From Bacteroidota bacterium (GTDB lineage: Bacteria > Bacteroidota > Ignavibacteria > UBA10030): a DNA stretch of 34,257 bases. Of this stretch, positions 19,695 to 29,521 are shown in pieces. Location: the NCBI GenBank assembly GCA_041480785.1, contig JBGPAN010000003.1, forward strand, positions 1-34,257, written 5' to 3'. A program made the position numbers and the translations under genes. Under the pieces are notes generated by a model. That model had not been told where the DNA came from, searched no databases, and worked only from the letters and a program-made list of their open reading frames with translations. Every line of letters begins with the position of its first letter. The first letter of the stretch is position 1.

Positions 19695-21500
19695 ATGGAC
19701 CGTCAATCGATACTCGGTTACATTTTGATTTTCATCCTGCTTGTGGTGTGGATGTGGATGAGCTCACCGAAGCCTGGCCAGCAAGCAGAACAGCAAAAAG
19801 CCGTGGCTACCCAATTGGCACAACAGGACTCCGCACGTCGTGCCGCGGCTGCGGTTGTGCAACCGGCTATCCAGGTGCCAACCGAAAAGCTTGTTAATCC
19901 ACTCGGGAAATTTTTCGTCGGACGAGACAAAGGCCACGAGCAAGTGATCACCATCGAATCCGACCGTTTCATCGCCGAGATTTCGACGAAAGGCGGCGTC
20001 GTGAAGCGTTGGGAGCTGAAGAATTACAAGACCTGGGATGGGAAACCGGTCCAACTGGTAGACTACAAGAAGAACGGTGATCTCAGCCTGCTGTTTGCAA
20101 CTGCAGATGGTAGATTGATCAATACGCACGACCTGTATTTTGATCTGGGTGCGAGTGGCACGGTGAAACGAGTCATTACGAGCAACGAAGAAATTGATGT
20201 GAGTCTTGTTCTTCCGACGACGAACGGCGGCCGGATTACAAAAACACTGAGGTTCAAGAACGGAGAGTACGGATTCAATACCGACATCGCATTTTCGAAG
20301 ATGGGCGATGTGATAGCGAATTTTGAGTATCAAATGGTCTGGGAAAGCGGGCTGCGGTACGCTGAGCAAAACAGCATTGACGAGTCGAGTTTTGCGGCTG
20401 CGTACGCTTATGCTGGAAAAGAATTAACGGAAATTGATGCGTCATCGACAGAGAGTAAGCCGCAGAAGAATGTGTCTGGGGTTGTTGAGTGGGTTGCCGC
20501 TCGAACGAAATATTTTGCGGTTGCGATTATTCCAAAAGAAGGCACAAGTGACGGGGGGTACCTGGAGGGGTCGCGTGCGATCGCGCCAGACAAGGGTGCA
20601 ATAGAGGCGTACAGTATTGCAGTGAAGATGCCGTTTAAAGGAGGTCAGGAAGAAGGGGGCTCGTTCAGGGTTTTCTTTGGACCAGCAGATATCAGCTTGC
20701 TGAAATCATATGGAGTCGGACTTGATAGAATTGTCGGACTAGGTTGGACGTGGTTGATCCGACCGATATCAGAGTATGTCATGTTGCCGCTGTTGAGCGC
20801 GTTGCACTATATCGCGCCGAACTGGGGTGTAGTAATTATTCTATTCTCGATCATCATTAAAGTTGTGTTGCACCCACTGTCGCGCACCAGCATGCGGTCG
20901 ATGAAAAAGATGCAGGCGTTGCAGCCGTTGATGGATGAGATTAAGGAGAAATACAAAGACGATCCGCAGAAGATGAACCAACAGGTGATGAACCTGTACA
21001 AGGAATACGGCGTGAACCCAGCTGGCGGATGTCTGCCGTTGCTGCTACAGTTTCCCGTGATGATTGCGCTCTACAACGTGCTACGCGCAACGATTGAGCT
21101 ACGGCAGGGAAACTTTGTGTGGTGGATTACGGATTTGTCGATACCGGATCGGGTTTTTACACTTCCGTTCGAAATTCCATTCTTTGCTATTCGGGATATC
21201 AGCGGACTGGCCTTATTGATGGGCGTGACGATGTTCATCCAACAGAAGATGAGTGTAAAAGATCCGAGGCAGAAGGCCATGGTCTGGATGATGCCGGTGA
21301 TGATGACGCTGTTGTTCAACAGCTTCCCGTCCGGACTCAACTTGTACTATTTTGTCTTTAACATTCTTTCGATCGGCCAACAAGTGATGATTAATCGGCA
21401 GAGCGAAGGTGAGCCGCTTCGAAAAGTGGAGCCAAAGAAGAAAAAGAGTGGGGGCATTTTTGGAAAAATAGGCAAAGACCTGCCACGGCTTAAGAAGTAG
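19695..21500 (+). CDS. yidC: Membrane protein insertase YidC
   Basis: N-terminal TM, periplasmic domain, NWGVVIILFSIIIK, SMKKMQALQP, GVNPAGGCLPLLLQFP, WITDLS.PD, PSGLNLYY. Confidence 0.97.
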   Translation: MDRQSILGYILIFILLVVWMWMSSPKPGQQAEQQKAVATQLAQQDSARRAAAAVVQPAIQVPTEKLVNPLGKFFVGRDKGHEQVITIESDRFIAEISTKGGVVKRWELKNYKTWDGKPVQLVDYKKNGDLSLLFATADGRLINTHDLYFDLGASGTVKRVITSNEEIDVSLVLPTTNGGRITKTLRFKNGEYGFNTDIAFSKMGDVIANFEYQMVWESGLRYAEQNSIDESSFAAAYAYAGKELTEIDASSTESKPQKNVSGVVEWVAARTKYFAVAIIPKEGTSDGGYLEGSRAIAPDKGAIEAYSIAVKMPFKGGQEEGGSFRVFFGPADISLLKSYGVGLDRIVGLGWTWLIRPISEYVMLPLLSALHYIAPNWGVVIILFSIIIKVVLHPLSRTSMRSMKKMQALQPLMDEIKEKYKDDPQKMNQQVMNLYKEYGVNPAGGCLPLLLQFPVMIALYNVLRATIELRQGNFVWWITDLSIPDRVFTLPFEIPFFAIRDISGLALLMGVTMFIQQKMSVKDPRQKAMVWMMPVMMTLLFNSFPSGLNLYYFVFNILSIGQQVMINRQSEGEPLRKVEPKKKKSGGIFGKIGKDLPRLKK

Positions 21501-21517
21501 CCCCAACCAAGAAATGG

Positions 21518-21552
21518 AAAAGAACCCCGCTGAAAAGAAGGCGGGGTTTTTT
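21518..21552 (+). terminator. Intrinsic terminator after yidC
   Basis: AACCCCGC (21523-21530) / GCGGGGTT (21541-21548) stem running into TTTTTT. Confidence 0.85.
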
Positions 21553-21568
21553 GTCTATATCCCGCCGT

Positions 21569-21597
21569 TTGTAAATAGGTCTGCGAATTTGTACATT
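21569..21597 (+). promoter_or_regulatory. sigma70-type promoter for the mnmE operon
   Basis: TTGTAA-N17-TACATT just after the terminator. It implies a very short leader if ATG 21608 is the start; GTG 21632 is an alternative start. Confidence 0.6.
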
Positions 21598-21607
21598 CAA
21601 CTCCTTC

Positions 21608-23044
21608 ATGAAACCATCAGCGAGACGGAACGTGTCACTGGCCTACGAAAGCGATACCATTGCCGCAATTGCCACCCCGGAAGGTGAGGGGGGGATTTCT
21701 GTGATCCGAATCAGTGGAGACGGTGCGACGAGCATCGCCGCTCAGGGTTTCCGCGGGGCGACCACTGTTGACAAAATGTCATCACACACGGCGCACTATG
21801 GCAGGTTTGTAGACGAACATGACAAGACTATAGACAATGTCGTGGTTCTGGTGTTCAGAAGACCGAACTCCTATACGGGCGAGGACACGGTTGAGGTCAA
21901 CTGCCACGGTGGACGATATCTGACCAAGAAAATCCTCGAAGCAACGCTTCGGTTGGGTGCCCGAGCTGCGCAGGCTGGAGAATTTACAAAGCGAGCATTC
22001 CTGAATGGAAGGATTGATCTGGCCCAGGCCGAAGCAGTAGCGGATCTGATACACGCTCGATCAGAGCGGGCTCACCGATCGTCATTGGCACAGCTCAATG
22101 GTGTCCTGTCTGATCGGGTCGCAAGAGTGCAGGAACAACTCGTTGAGAGCATCAGCCTTCTAGAGCTTGAGCTGGACTTCGCGGAAGAAGGGTATGAGTT
22201 CACCGAGAAATCAAAAGTCACCAGGCAGTTGAGATCTGCGATTTCTCAAATCACGGAGCTGTTGTTGACCTACTCGGTTGGAAAAGTATACCGAGACGGA
22301 GTGAAGGTTGCTCTCGCAGGCGCTCCCAACGTCGGAAAGTCCAGCCTTCTGAACGCTCTTCTCGAGGAAGACCGGGCAATCGTGACGGACATTCCCGGAA
22401 CAACAAGAGACATCATCGAAGAGTCAATCAGCCTCGGCGGACTTTTGTTTGATCTGATTGATACGGCTGGAATCCGTAGCACGAAGGATCTGGTTGAACA
22501 AGAGGGGGTCCGTAGAGCAGAGGAGCGATTGTCGAATTGCGACATCCTAGTGTTGATGCTGGACGGTACGCGTCCAGTTGGAGCTGAAGAGGTAACAGCA
22601 ATCAGTAGGCTTGCGAACGCGGTTGAGCAGCGGGGTGCTAGTTGCATCTTTGCGCTAAACAAGACAGACATGATGAACCCGCAAAAGAACCCCATATCAG
22701 AAGTTGAGCACATTACAAGAAAGCACGATGTTGTGGAGATATCGGCAAAGACACACCAAGGGTTGGAGTCGCTAAAGAATCTTTTGGTGCGAAAGGCACT
22801 TCGAGATCTGCCATCGATATCAGAAGGCAGTGTAACAATTACAAACGCCCGCCATTTTTCCGCTTTGGAGAGAACCGCAGGCAGCCTGGGGTTGGCGCTG
22901 GAGACCATTGAGTCTGGCGGGAGTGGGGAGTTTGTGGCCGTGGACCTAAGGGCGGGACTCGATGCATTGGGTGAGATCATAGGGGCTACAAGCACGGAGG
23001 ACATTCTGAATTCGATCTTCTCACGGTTTTGCATAGGAAAATAG
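21608..23044 (+). CDS. mnmE: tRNA modification GTPase MnmE (TrmE)
   Basis: DTIAAIATP.G.GGI, SYTGEDTVE..CHGG, GEFTKRAFLNGRIDL, GAPNVGKSSL, GTTRD, DTAG, NKTD, terminal FCIGK. Confidence 0.98.
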   Translation: MKPSARRNVSLAYESDTIAAIATPEGEGGISVIRISGDGATSIAAQGFRGATTVDKMSSHTAHYGRFVDEHDKTIDNVVVLVFRRPNSYTGEDTVEVNCHGGRYLTKKILEATLRLGARAAQAGEFTKRAFLNGRIDLAQAEAVADLIHARSERAHRSSLAQLNGVLSDRVARVQEQLVESISLLELELDFAEEGYEFTEKSKVTRQLRSAISQITELLLTYSVGKVYRDGVKVALAGAPNVGKSSLLNALLEEDRAIVTDIPGTTRDIIEESISLGGLLFDLIDTAGIRSTKDLVEQEGVRRAEERLSNCDILVLMLDGTRPVGAEEVTAISRLANAVEQRGASCIFALNKTDMMNPQKNPISEVEHITRKHDVVEISAKTHQGLESLKNLLVRKALRDLPSISEGSVTITNARHFSALERTAGSLGLALETIESGGSGEFVAVDLRAGLDALGEIIGATSTEDILNSIFSRFCIGK

Positions 23045-23048
23045 ACAG

Positions 23049-23064
23049 CGTTTCACGTGAAACA
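23049..23064. promoter_or_regulatory. parS: parS centromere site (ParB/Spo0J binding)
   Basis: CGTTTCACGTGAAACA, 15/16 match to the palindrome TGTTTCACGTGAAACA; in the mnmE-mnmG spacer. Confidence 0.9.
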
Positions 23065-23075
23065 CAACCTCAAAA

Positions 23076-24992
23076 ATGGCTAAAACCGACAAGAATATAG
23101 ATATTGTGGTAGTCGGAGGGGGACATGCCGGCATCGAGGCGAGTTTGGCTGCCGCCAGAATGGGTTGTTGTATCTTGTTGGTTACAATGAGTCGCGACGC
23201 CATCGGTAGGATGTCGTGCAATCCGGCGATAGGTGGAACCGCAAAGGGGCACCTTGTACGTGAGATCGATGCGCTGGGGGGAGAGATGGGCAAGATTGCG
23301 GATGCGACCGGAATACAGTTCAGGCTCCTGAACCGATCAAAGGGTCCGGCGGTCTGGTCTCCGCGGTGTCAAAACGATAGAGAGTGGTATTCCCGAGAAG
23401 CTGGTCAGAGAGTCCAGGCACAGGATGGCTTGACGATCTATGAGGGCGCGGTCGTTGGAATTGAAACCGAGAAAGTGAGTGGCATACAGAACCAGCGAAT
23501 TCTCGGAGTTGTTACAAATCGTGGTGATAAGATTGGCTGTCGAGCCGTAGTCTTAAGCGCTGGGACATTTCTCCGGGGACTCATGCATACCGGACTGAGC
23601 AATCGAGAGGGGGGCAGATACGGAGAACCACCCTCGAAAGGACTAACTGAGAACCTTGAGAAACTCGGGTTCGTGAGCGGACGGCTCAAAACGGGAACCC
23701 CACCAAGAGTAGATCTTTCGACCATAGCTCTTGCTCGATTGGAGAAACAACACAGCGATAATCCCCCGCACCCCTTCTCGTATTCCACGCCGGCAATAAC
23801 GAATCGGCTCGTTCCGATGTATCTGACGTACACCAACCCGAACACCCACAATATCCTAAGGAAAGGATTCGACCGATCACCACTGTTCACCGGGGTCATC
23901 AAAGGGGTAGGACCGAGGTATTGTCCATCGATCGAGGACAAAGTGGTCCGGTTTGAAGACAAGGAACGCCATCAGATTTTTCTGGAACCCGAAGGATACA
24001 ACACAAACGTTGTCTATGTGAACGGGTTTTCGACAAGCTTGCCGGAGGAAATTCAAGAGGAGGGCCTCCAATCGATCGCCGGCCTTGAAAAGGTAAAGAT
24101 GCTGAGGCCGGGGTACGCGGTGGAATATGATTTCTTTCCACCACACCAGGTGAAGTTGACACTCGAGACGAAATTGATTGGGGGCCTGTTCCTTGCCGGC
24201 CAGATAAATGGCACCTCGGGATATGAAGAAGCCGCAGCGCAAGGTTTGATGGCGGGCATCAACGCAGCGCTGTCCGTCCAGCAAAAAGAGCCATTCGTCT
24301 TGAAGCGTTCCGAGGCGTACATCGGAGTTCTTATCGACGACCTCGTGAACAAGAGCACAGAAGAACCGTACCGGATGTTTACGTCGAGGGCGGAACATAG
24401 GCTTGTGCTTCGACAAGACAATGCAGACCGTCGTTTGATGATGAAGGGTCACAAACTTGGCTTGGTGAGCGAATTCATGGCGAGTCGCCTCAAGAAGAAG
24501 GGGGAGCTGATCACGGCAGGAATCGCAATGGCAGAAGAACTCCCCGTTTTGCCGGATACAATCAACGCGTACCTTCAAAGAAACTCTGAGGGGCGTATCG
24601 AGGAGAAAGAGCGATTAGCGAAACTCCTGAAGAGGCCAAACGTTCGACTCACAGATCTTGTGTGCATTGATTCTGTTGCAAGCGCACCAGTGATCAAAGA
24701 GATCTTGAGTCTGTCCGATGAACGGCTCAAGAACGAGGTCCTTGAGCAGATTGAAATTGAATTGAAGTATGAAGGCTACATCAAGAGGCAGGTAGAGCAA
24801 ATTGAGAAGTTCGATAAGTTTGAAGATCAGAAAATCCCAATCAGCTTCGACTATAGCAAAATCAAATCGCTTTCGACGGAGGGAAGAGAACGGCTTAGCA
24901 AGATCAAGCCGGAATCGATAGGGCAAGCATCGCGAATTAGCGGCGTAACACCGTCCGACGTATCTGTTCTAATGGTTTATTTGCGTGGGTAG
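23076..24992 (+). CDS. mnmG: tRNA uridine-5-carboxymethylaminomethyl(34) synthesis enzyme MnmG (GidA)
   Basis: [68 protein letters not shown]. Confidence 0.99.
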   Translation: MAKTDKNIDIVVVGGGHAGIEASLAAARMGCCILLVTMSRDAIGRMSCNPAIGGTAKGHLVREIDALGGEMGKIADATGIQFRLLNRSKGPAVWSPRCQNDREWYSREAGQRVQAQDGLTIYEGAVVGIETEKVSGIQNQRILGVVTNRGDKIGCRAVVLSAGTFLRGLMHTGLSNREGGRYGEPPSKGLTENLEKLGFVSGRLKTGTPPRVDLSTIALARLEKQHSDNPPHPFSYSTPAITNRLVPMYLTYTNPNTHNILRKGFDRSPLFTGVIKGVGPRYCPSIEDKVVRFEDKERHQIFLEPEGYNTNVVYVNGFSTSLPEEIQEEGLQSIAGLEKVKMLRPGYAVEYDFFPPHQVKLTLETKLIGGLFLAGQINGTSGYEEAAAQGLMAGINAALSVQQKEPFVLKRSEAYIGVLIDDLVNKSTEEPYRMFTSRAEHRLVLRQDNADRRLMMKGHKLGLVSEFMASRLKKKGELITAGIAMAEELPVLPDTINAYLQRNSEGRIEEKERLAKLLKRPNVRLTDLVCIDSVASAPVIKEILSLSDERLKNEVLEQIEIELKYEGYIKRQVEQIEKFDKFEDQKIPISFDYSKIKSLSTEGRERLSKIKPESIGQASRISGVTPSDVSVLMVYLRG

Positions 24993-24993
24993 G

Positions 24994-25009
24994 GTTTTCA
25001 CGTGGAACA
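24994..25009. promoter_or_regulatory. parS: parS centromere site (second copy)
   Basis: GTTTTCACGTGGAACA (reverse complement TGTTCCACGTGAAAAC), 14/16 match to TGTTCCACGTGAAACA; directly after the mnmG stop. Confidence 0.82.
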
Positions 25010-25040
25010 ACAACCGTAAGCTGTTATATAACAACGGGTT

Positions 25041-25796
25041 ATGGCAACCACAAACTCTCTTTTGGTTCGGACGACATGCGGACAGAACAGCCTGCAGTTG
25101 AGCAATGAGCAGATCCGGCTGCTTGAGGAGTATGCTGTTCGGCTTATTGAGTGGAACCAAAAAATCAATTTGGTCTCAAGGCGCGACGAGAAAGACTTCT
25201 GGACAAGACACATCCTTCACTGCCTCAGTCTATTGTTTAAGGTCGAAATTGCGAAAGGGGTGAAGATTCTGGATCTTGGTACGGGGGGAGGGCTTCCGGG
25301 GGTTGTGCTGAAAATTGCTCGCCCCGACCTTTTGTTTACCCTTCTTGATTCTACACAGAAAAAAATAAACGTTGTGAAGGACCTGCTGGGCTCGCTGGGC
25401 CTTGCCGGAATTGATGCCGTCTGGGGAAGAGCAGAAGATCTTGGGAAACGGCGTGAGTACGCAGGACAGTACGATATCGTGGTCGCCCGCGCTATCGCAC
25501 CGCTAAAAGACCTCATACGCTGGTCTTACCCCCTCCTGAAAAGGAATGCGTTGGGGGCGGATGCCAGGAGAGAGGACATACCATCCCCAACGAAGAAACA
25601 AATCAGCGGACCCGCCCTCGTTGCTTTCAAAGGGGGGGACCTCCACGATGAAATCAGACAACTTCGAAACCACCCTAACGTCGGTCCGATCTCGACGATT
25701 GAACTTACACTAAAAGGCTCCACGCAGCTTGACGACAGAGATAAAAAAATTGTTATCGTTGAATACGCGCGGAGCAATAGGCAGAAAGCAGAATAA
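25041..25796 (+). CDS. rsmG: 16S rRNA (guanine(527)-N7)-methyltransferase RsmG (GidB)
   Basis: WNQKINLVSR, HILHCL, LDLGTGGGLPG, LLDSTQKK, RAEDL, VVARA, FKG. Confidence 0.96.
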   Translation: MATTNSLLVRTTCGQNSLQLSNEQIRLLEEYAVRLIEWNQKINLVSRRDEKDFWTRHILHCLSLLFKVEIAKGVKILDLGTGGGLPGVVLKIARPDLLFTLLDSTQKKINVVKDLLGSLGLAGIDAVWGRAEDLGKRREYAGQYDIVVARAIAPLKDLIRWSYPLLKRNALGADARREDIPSPTKKQISGPALVAFKGGDLHDEIRQLRNHPNVGPISTIELTLKGSTQLDDRDKKIVIVEYARSNRQKAE

Positions 25797-25799
25797 CCC

Positions 25800-26759
25800 G
25801 TGAGCGATCAGAAAAAACTCTTTGAGCAGCTGACACGATTAAGCACCGAGCACCGAAACCCGGCAAGCATGGACATCGACGCACGGTCGATAGGTGAGAT
25901 GCTGCGCATCATCAACACTGAAGACAAGAAGGTGGCGGTTGCTGTGGAGGGAGAGCTTGAGTTCATCGGCAAGGCGGTGGAGATTGTCGTTCGTTCGCTT
26001 AAGAGTGGAGGGCGGCTCCTCTATGCTGGGGCTGGGACGAGCGGGCGCTTGGGGGTGCTCGATGCGGCTGAATGTCCACCAACCTACGGGACGCCCCCAG
26101 AAATGGTCCAGGGGATGATTGCCGGAGGGGAGAAGGCCATGTTCAGATCTCAGGAAGGGGCTGAGGACAAGCAGGAAAACGGAGCTCGTGATATCGACGA
26201 GAGGGGCGTAAACGAAAAAGATGTCGTTTGTGGAATAGCAGCCAGCCTGAGAACCCCCTATGTGATCGGAGCTGTCAAGCGAGCCAAGCAACTTGGTGCA
26301 AAGACCCTCTATGTCACAACGAATCCCCGCAGCCGCTTCTATTCGCCGGAATTTACGGAAGTTGCCCAAGTTGTTGATGTGGCAATATGCCCCGAGGTCG
26401 GACCGGAAGTAATTATGGGTTCAACGCGGATGAAATCTGGTACAGCCCAGAAGCTTGTGCTGAACATGATTACAACGGCCACCATGGTGCGCCTTGGAAA
26501 AGTCTACGAGAACATGATGATCGACCTGCAGATGACAAATCTAAAGCTGCGGGAACGATCGAAGAGGATTGTCATGACGATTACGGGTGTTGGATACGAA
26601 GAGGCGGCCGACTACCTCGAAAAGGCGGAGGGTCACGTCAAAACGGCTCTTGTAATGATCAAAGCCGGCGTAGCCCGTGCCGAAGCGCAACGGCGCCTCC
26701 AGCAGGCTGATGGTTTTGTCAGGGCGGCTATTGACAACAAGGAATACAAAATCGTGTAA
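25800..26759 (+). CDS. murQ: N-acetylmuramic acid 6-phosphate etherase
   Basis: TEHRNP.S.DID, GAGTSGRLGVLDAAECPPTYG, EGAED, GPEVIMGSTRMKSGTAQKLVLNM, GKVYENMMID; GTG start. Confidence 0.97.
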   Translation: MSDQKKLFEQLTRLSTEHRNPASMDIDARSIGEMLRIINTEDKKVAVAVEGELEFIGKAVEIVVRSLKSGGRLLYAGAGTSGRLGVLDAAECPPTYGTPPEMVQGMIAGGEKAMFRSQEGAEDKQENGARDIDERGVNEKDVVCGIAASLRTPYVIGAVKRAKQLGAKTLYVTTNPRSRFYSPEFTEVAQVVDVAICPEVGPEVIMGSTRMKSGTAQKLVLNMITTATMVRLGKVYENMMIDLQMTNLKLRERSKRIVMTITGVGYEEAADYLEKAEGHVKTALVMIKAGVARAEAQRRLQQADGFVRAAIDNKEYKIV

Positions 26760-26776
26760 AGGGCTGGGGCAGCGAA

Positions 26777-27496
26777 ATGGCAAAAGCAAAAGAGATACCT
26801 CTTTCTGATCTGGAATTCTTTCCACCGTTTGGCGGATTTCCGCGCGACGGAATTGATTTCATGAAGCGGCTGAAGCGGAACAACAATCGCCCCTGGTTCG
26901 AGAAGCACAAAGAAGAGTACGAGACGCTCGTCAAACTTCCAATGCAGTCTCTTATTGCTGCGCTTCAGCCTCATTTCGAAGTGTTTGCGTCGGAATTCGA
27001 CATTCATCCCAAGAAATCGCTCTTTCGTATCTATCGGGATATTCGCTTCAGCAGAGACAAAACACCTTATAAGACCCACGTCGCAGCACATTTTGTTTTG
27101 CGCGGAAAACCGAAGGGCATTGAAGGTTCGGGGTACTATCTGCACATCGAGCCTGGGGAGGTATTCCTCGGTGGCGGCATCTATATGCCCGACGGCGACC
27201 AGCTCAAGAAGATTCGTAAAGCAATTGCCGGTCAGCCGGACCGGTTCCTATCGATTCTTGAACAGAAGCAATTCAAGAAGACCTTCAAACGTCTCCAGGG
27301 AGAAAAACTACAACGGCTGCCGCAAGGGTACGAACCAGATCACCCCATGGCCGAATGGCTCAAGTACAAACAGTTCTTTGTCTGGGTCGAATGGAGTGAA
27401 GCGAGAAGCCTTAGGGAGAAATTTGTTACCGATGTAGTGGAAGTGTTCGAAGCAGCAACACCGCTCGTTCGGTTTTTGAACGAAGCGATGGGTTAG
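26777..27496 (+). CDS. DUF2461 (TIGR02453) family protein
   Basis: F...LKRNNNRPWF..HK..Y, FRIYRDIRFSRDKTPYKT, GYYLHIEPG, GGG.YMP, L.R.PQGY..DHP. Confidence 0.92.
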   Translation: MAKAKEIPLSDLEFFPPFGGFPRDGIDFMKRLKRNNNRPWFEKHKEEYETLVKLPMQSLIAALQPHFEVFASEFDIHPKKSLFRIYRDIRFSRDKTPYKTHVAAHFVLRGKPKGIEGSGYYLHIEPGEVFLGGGIYMPDGDQLKKIRKAIAGQPDRFLSILEQKQFKKTFKRLQGEKLQRLPQGYEPDHPMAEWLKYKQFFVWVEWSEARSLREKFVTDVVEVFEAATPLVRFLNEAMG

Positions 27497-28260
27497 AAAG
27501 ATTTCAAAACAACATCTGATTGCTCCAATGTCCGACGGACACCTTCAGCGATGAGCACAGCGTTTGGCGTGTCACCGTGGATGCAAATTGTCTGGGCGCT
27601 AAGCTGAACCATACTACCATCAACGCTCTTGACACCCCCGTCTCTGACAATGAGCAACGCCTGCTTCGCGGCCTCAGCCGGGTCGACAATCAATGCACCT
27701 GGAAGACCCCTGGAACGTAGGATTCCATTGGGTTCGTAGCGCCGATCAGCAAAAGCTTCAGCAATAACCGAAAATCCCAGACCTCGCCAAACGTCAAGCA
27801 TCGGCGAGCCCGCGAGCCCCACGAGTACCAGCTTACGATCAACGACAGAGACAGCGCGCGCGATCACAGCCGCAAGTTCTCCGTCGGTTGCAGCCGCGTT
27901 ATAGAGAGCCCCATGTGGTTTAACATGATGGATAGATGCTCCGCAGAGAGATGCGATTTCAAGCAGGGCGTCTATCTGTTCTACCAGTGAAACCTCGAGC
28001 TCTGACAACTGCATGTTGAGCTTTGAACGGCCGAACCCTCGTCTATCGGGATAGCCAGGGTGGGCACCGATAGAAACCCCGAGAGATTGACACAATCTCA
28101 CCACTGAGCGCATCGACGCAGCATCCCCAGCGTGTCCCCCGCAAGCGATATTGGCCGACGAAACAACGCGAAGGAGTCGCCCCTCTGAGCCGTTGAGAAG
28201 AGCCGCCTTGTACTCCCCAACATCGGCATTGATATCGATACACTTGCTTTCAGGTGTCAT
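27493..28260 (-). CDS. pxpA: 5-oxoprolinase subunit A (LamB/YcsF family)
   Basis: IDINADVGE, SSANIACGGHAGD, GAHPGYPD..GFGR, HVKPHGALYN, EAFADRRY, TICIHGDTP. Confidence 0.96.
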   Translation of the reverse strand: MTPESKCIDINADVGEYKAALLNGSEGRLLRVVSSANIACGGHAGDAASMRSVVRLCQSLGVSIGAHPGYPDRRGFGRSKLNMQLSELEVSLVEQIDALLEIASLCGASIHHVKPHGALYNAAATDGELAAVIARAVSVVDRKLVLVGLAGSPMLDVWRGLGFSVIAEAFADRRYEPNGILRSRGLPGALIVDPAEAAKQALLIVRDGGVKSVDGSMVQLSAQTICIHGDTPNAVLIAEGVRRTLEQSDVVLKSF

Positions 28261-28283
28261 GAGCGGCTCAACGGTGAGTGTTG

Positions 28284-29513
28284 TTATTGAAGTTCCCTAC
28301 CAAGTGTTTCTGGAAGAAGAAATATCATCAGGGCGCCCGCCAGGAAAAAAGCAGAGGTGATCGCCAGAGCGCTGCCGATTCCATAGACATCTGCGAGCGC
28401 TCCTACGGTATACGGAGCAAGGGCGCTGAACGCGCGCCCAACATTATATACCAGACCCTGTGCCGTTCCGCGAACGTGAGTAGGGAAGAGTTCAGACAGG
28501 AGCACGCCAAAGACACTGAAGTACCCGTGTCCAAAGAATCCAATCAACGGACCAAGCACAAGAAGCAAGACGTCGTGGCGAACTAATTGACCATACACCG
28601 GCACAAGGATTGCCGCGCAGGCAAGGAACAAGGCAAACACCGGTCGTCGGCCAAAGCGATCTGCGAAAAAGCCAAAGGACACGTAACCGAAAAACGCTCC
28701 CACCTGCATGGGGATAATCCATTCAGAACTTTTCACGATACCAAGACCTGCGCCCCCCTGATCGACGGCTCGGGCAAGAAACGAAGGCATCCAGGTAAAC
28801 AAACCCCAGTAGGCAAAAAGGACAACCATCGCGATTAAAGAACCGAGTAGCGTCTTATGAACAAGCGGCGGACGAAATATCTCAAACGAGATCTTTGCAC
28901 GCGCAACCGGGAGGTTGTTGAGCCTTGACTTCCAGATCTCTGGTTCCTGAATGTTCCGGCGAATCCACAGCGTGAAGAACGCGGGGAGGATGCCAAGAAG
29001 GAAGAGAACGCGCCACCCGAATCGTGGCAGAATCAGAGCGGCAAGCAAAGCGGCCAAGATATAGCCAACAGCCCAGCCAGCTTGCATAAATCCGATAGCC
29101 TTTGCACGATGCTTCGATGGCCATGTTTCAGAGACCAATACCGAACCAGCCGACCATTCTCCACCCATTCCAAGACCAACCAGTGCCCGCCAAAGAACCA
29201 GTTCCCACAAAGATCCGGCGGTTGCCGTAAGAGACGTGAAGATCGAGTACAGCAGGATGGAGAACATCAGAGAGCGGGCGCGCCCCATGCGGTCAGCAAG
29301 AACGCCAAAGCCAATACCGCCAAGCGCAGATGCGACAAGGGTCACAGACGCCAAAAGACCCGCTTGCGCCGAAGAAAGTGAGAACTCATTTTGAATTGCG
29401 CCAAGAGCAAAAGCGTAGAGCATAACATCCATTGCGTCAAGCGTCCACCCAAGCTGAGCAGCGAGGAGCGTTTTCCATTGTTCCCGCGATATCGTTCTGA
29501 GCTCTGAGTACAC
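28284..29513 (-). CDS. MFS transporter (NanT/sialate- or aromatic acid:H+ symporter-like), candidate 5-oxoproline permease
   Basis: About 12 TM helices; LGWTLDAMD, MFS motif A (GVLADRMGR, GFFADRFGRR), GMGGEW, ETWP..HR, SELFPTHVRGT, LPETLG. Substrate inferred from context only. Confidence 0.9.
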   Translation of the reverse strand: MYSELRTISREQWKTLLAAQLGWTLDAMDVMLYAFALGAIQNEFSLSSAQAGLLASVTLVASALGGIGFGVLADRMGRARSLMFSILLYSIFTSLTATAGSLWELVLWRALVGLGMGGEWSAGSVLVSETWPSKHRAKAIGFMQAGWAVGYILAALLAALILPRFGWRVLFLLGILPAFFTLWIRRNIQEPEIWKSRLNNLPVARAKISFEIFRPPLVHKTLLGSLIAMVVLFAYWGLFTWMPSFLARAVDQGGAGLGIVKSSEWIIPMQVGAFFGYVSFGFFADRFGRRPVFALFLACAAILVPVYGQLVRHDVLLLVLGPLIGFFGHGYFSVFGVLLSELFPTHVRGTAQGLVYNVGRAFSALAPYTVGALADVYGIGSALAITSAFFLAGALMIFLLPETLGRELQ

Positions 29514-29521
29514 AGGGATTC

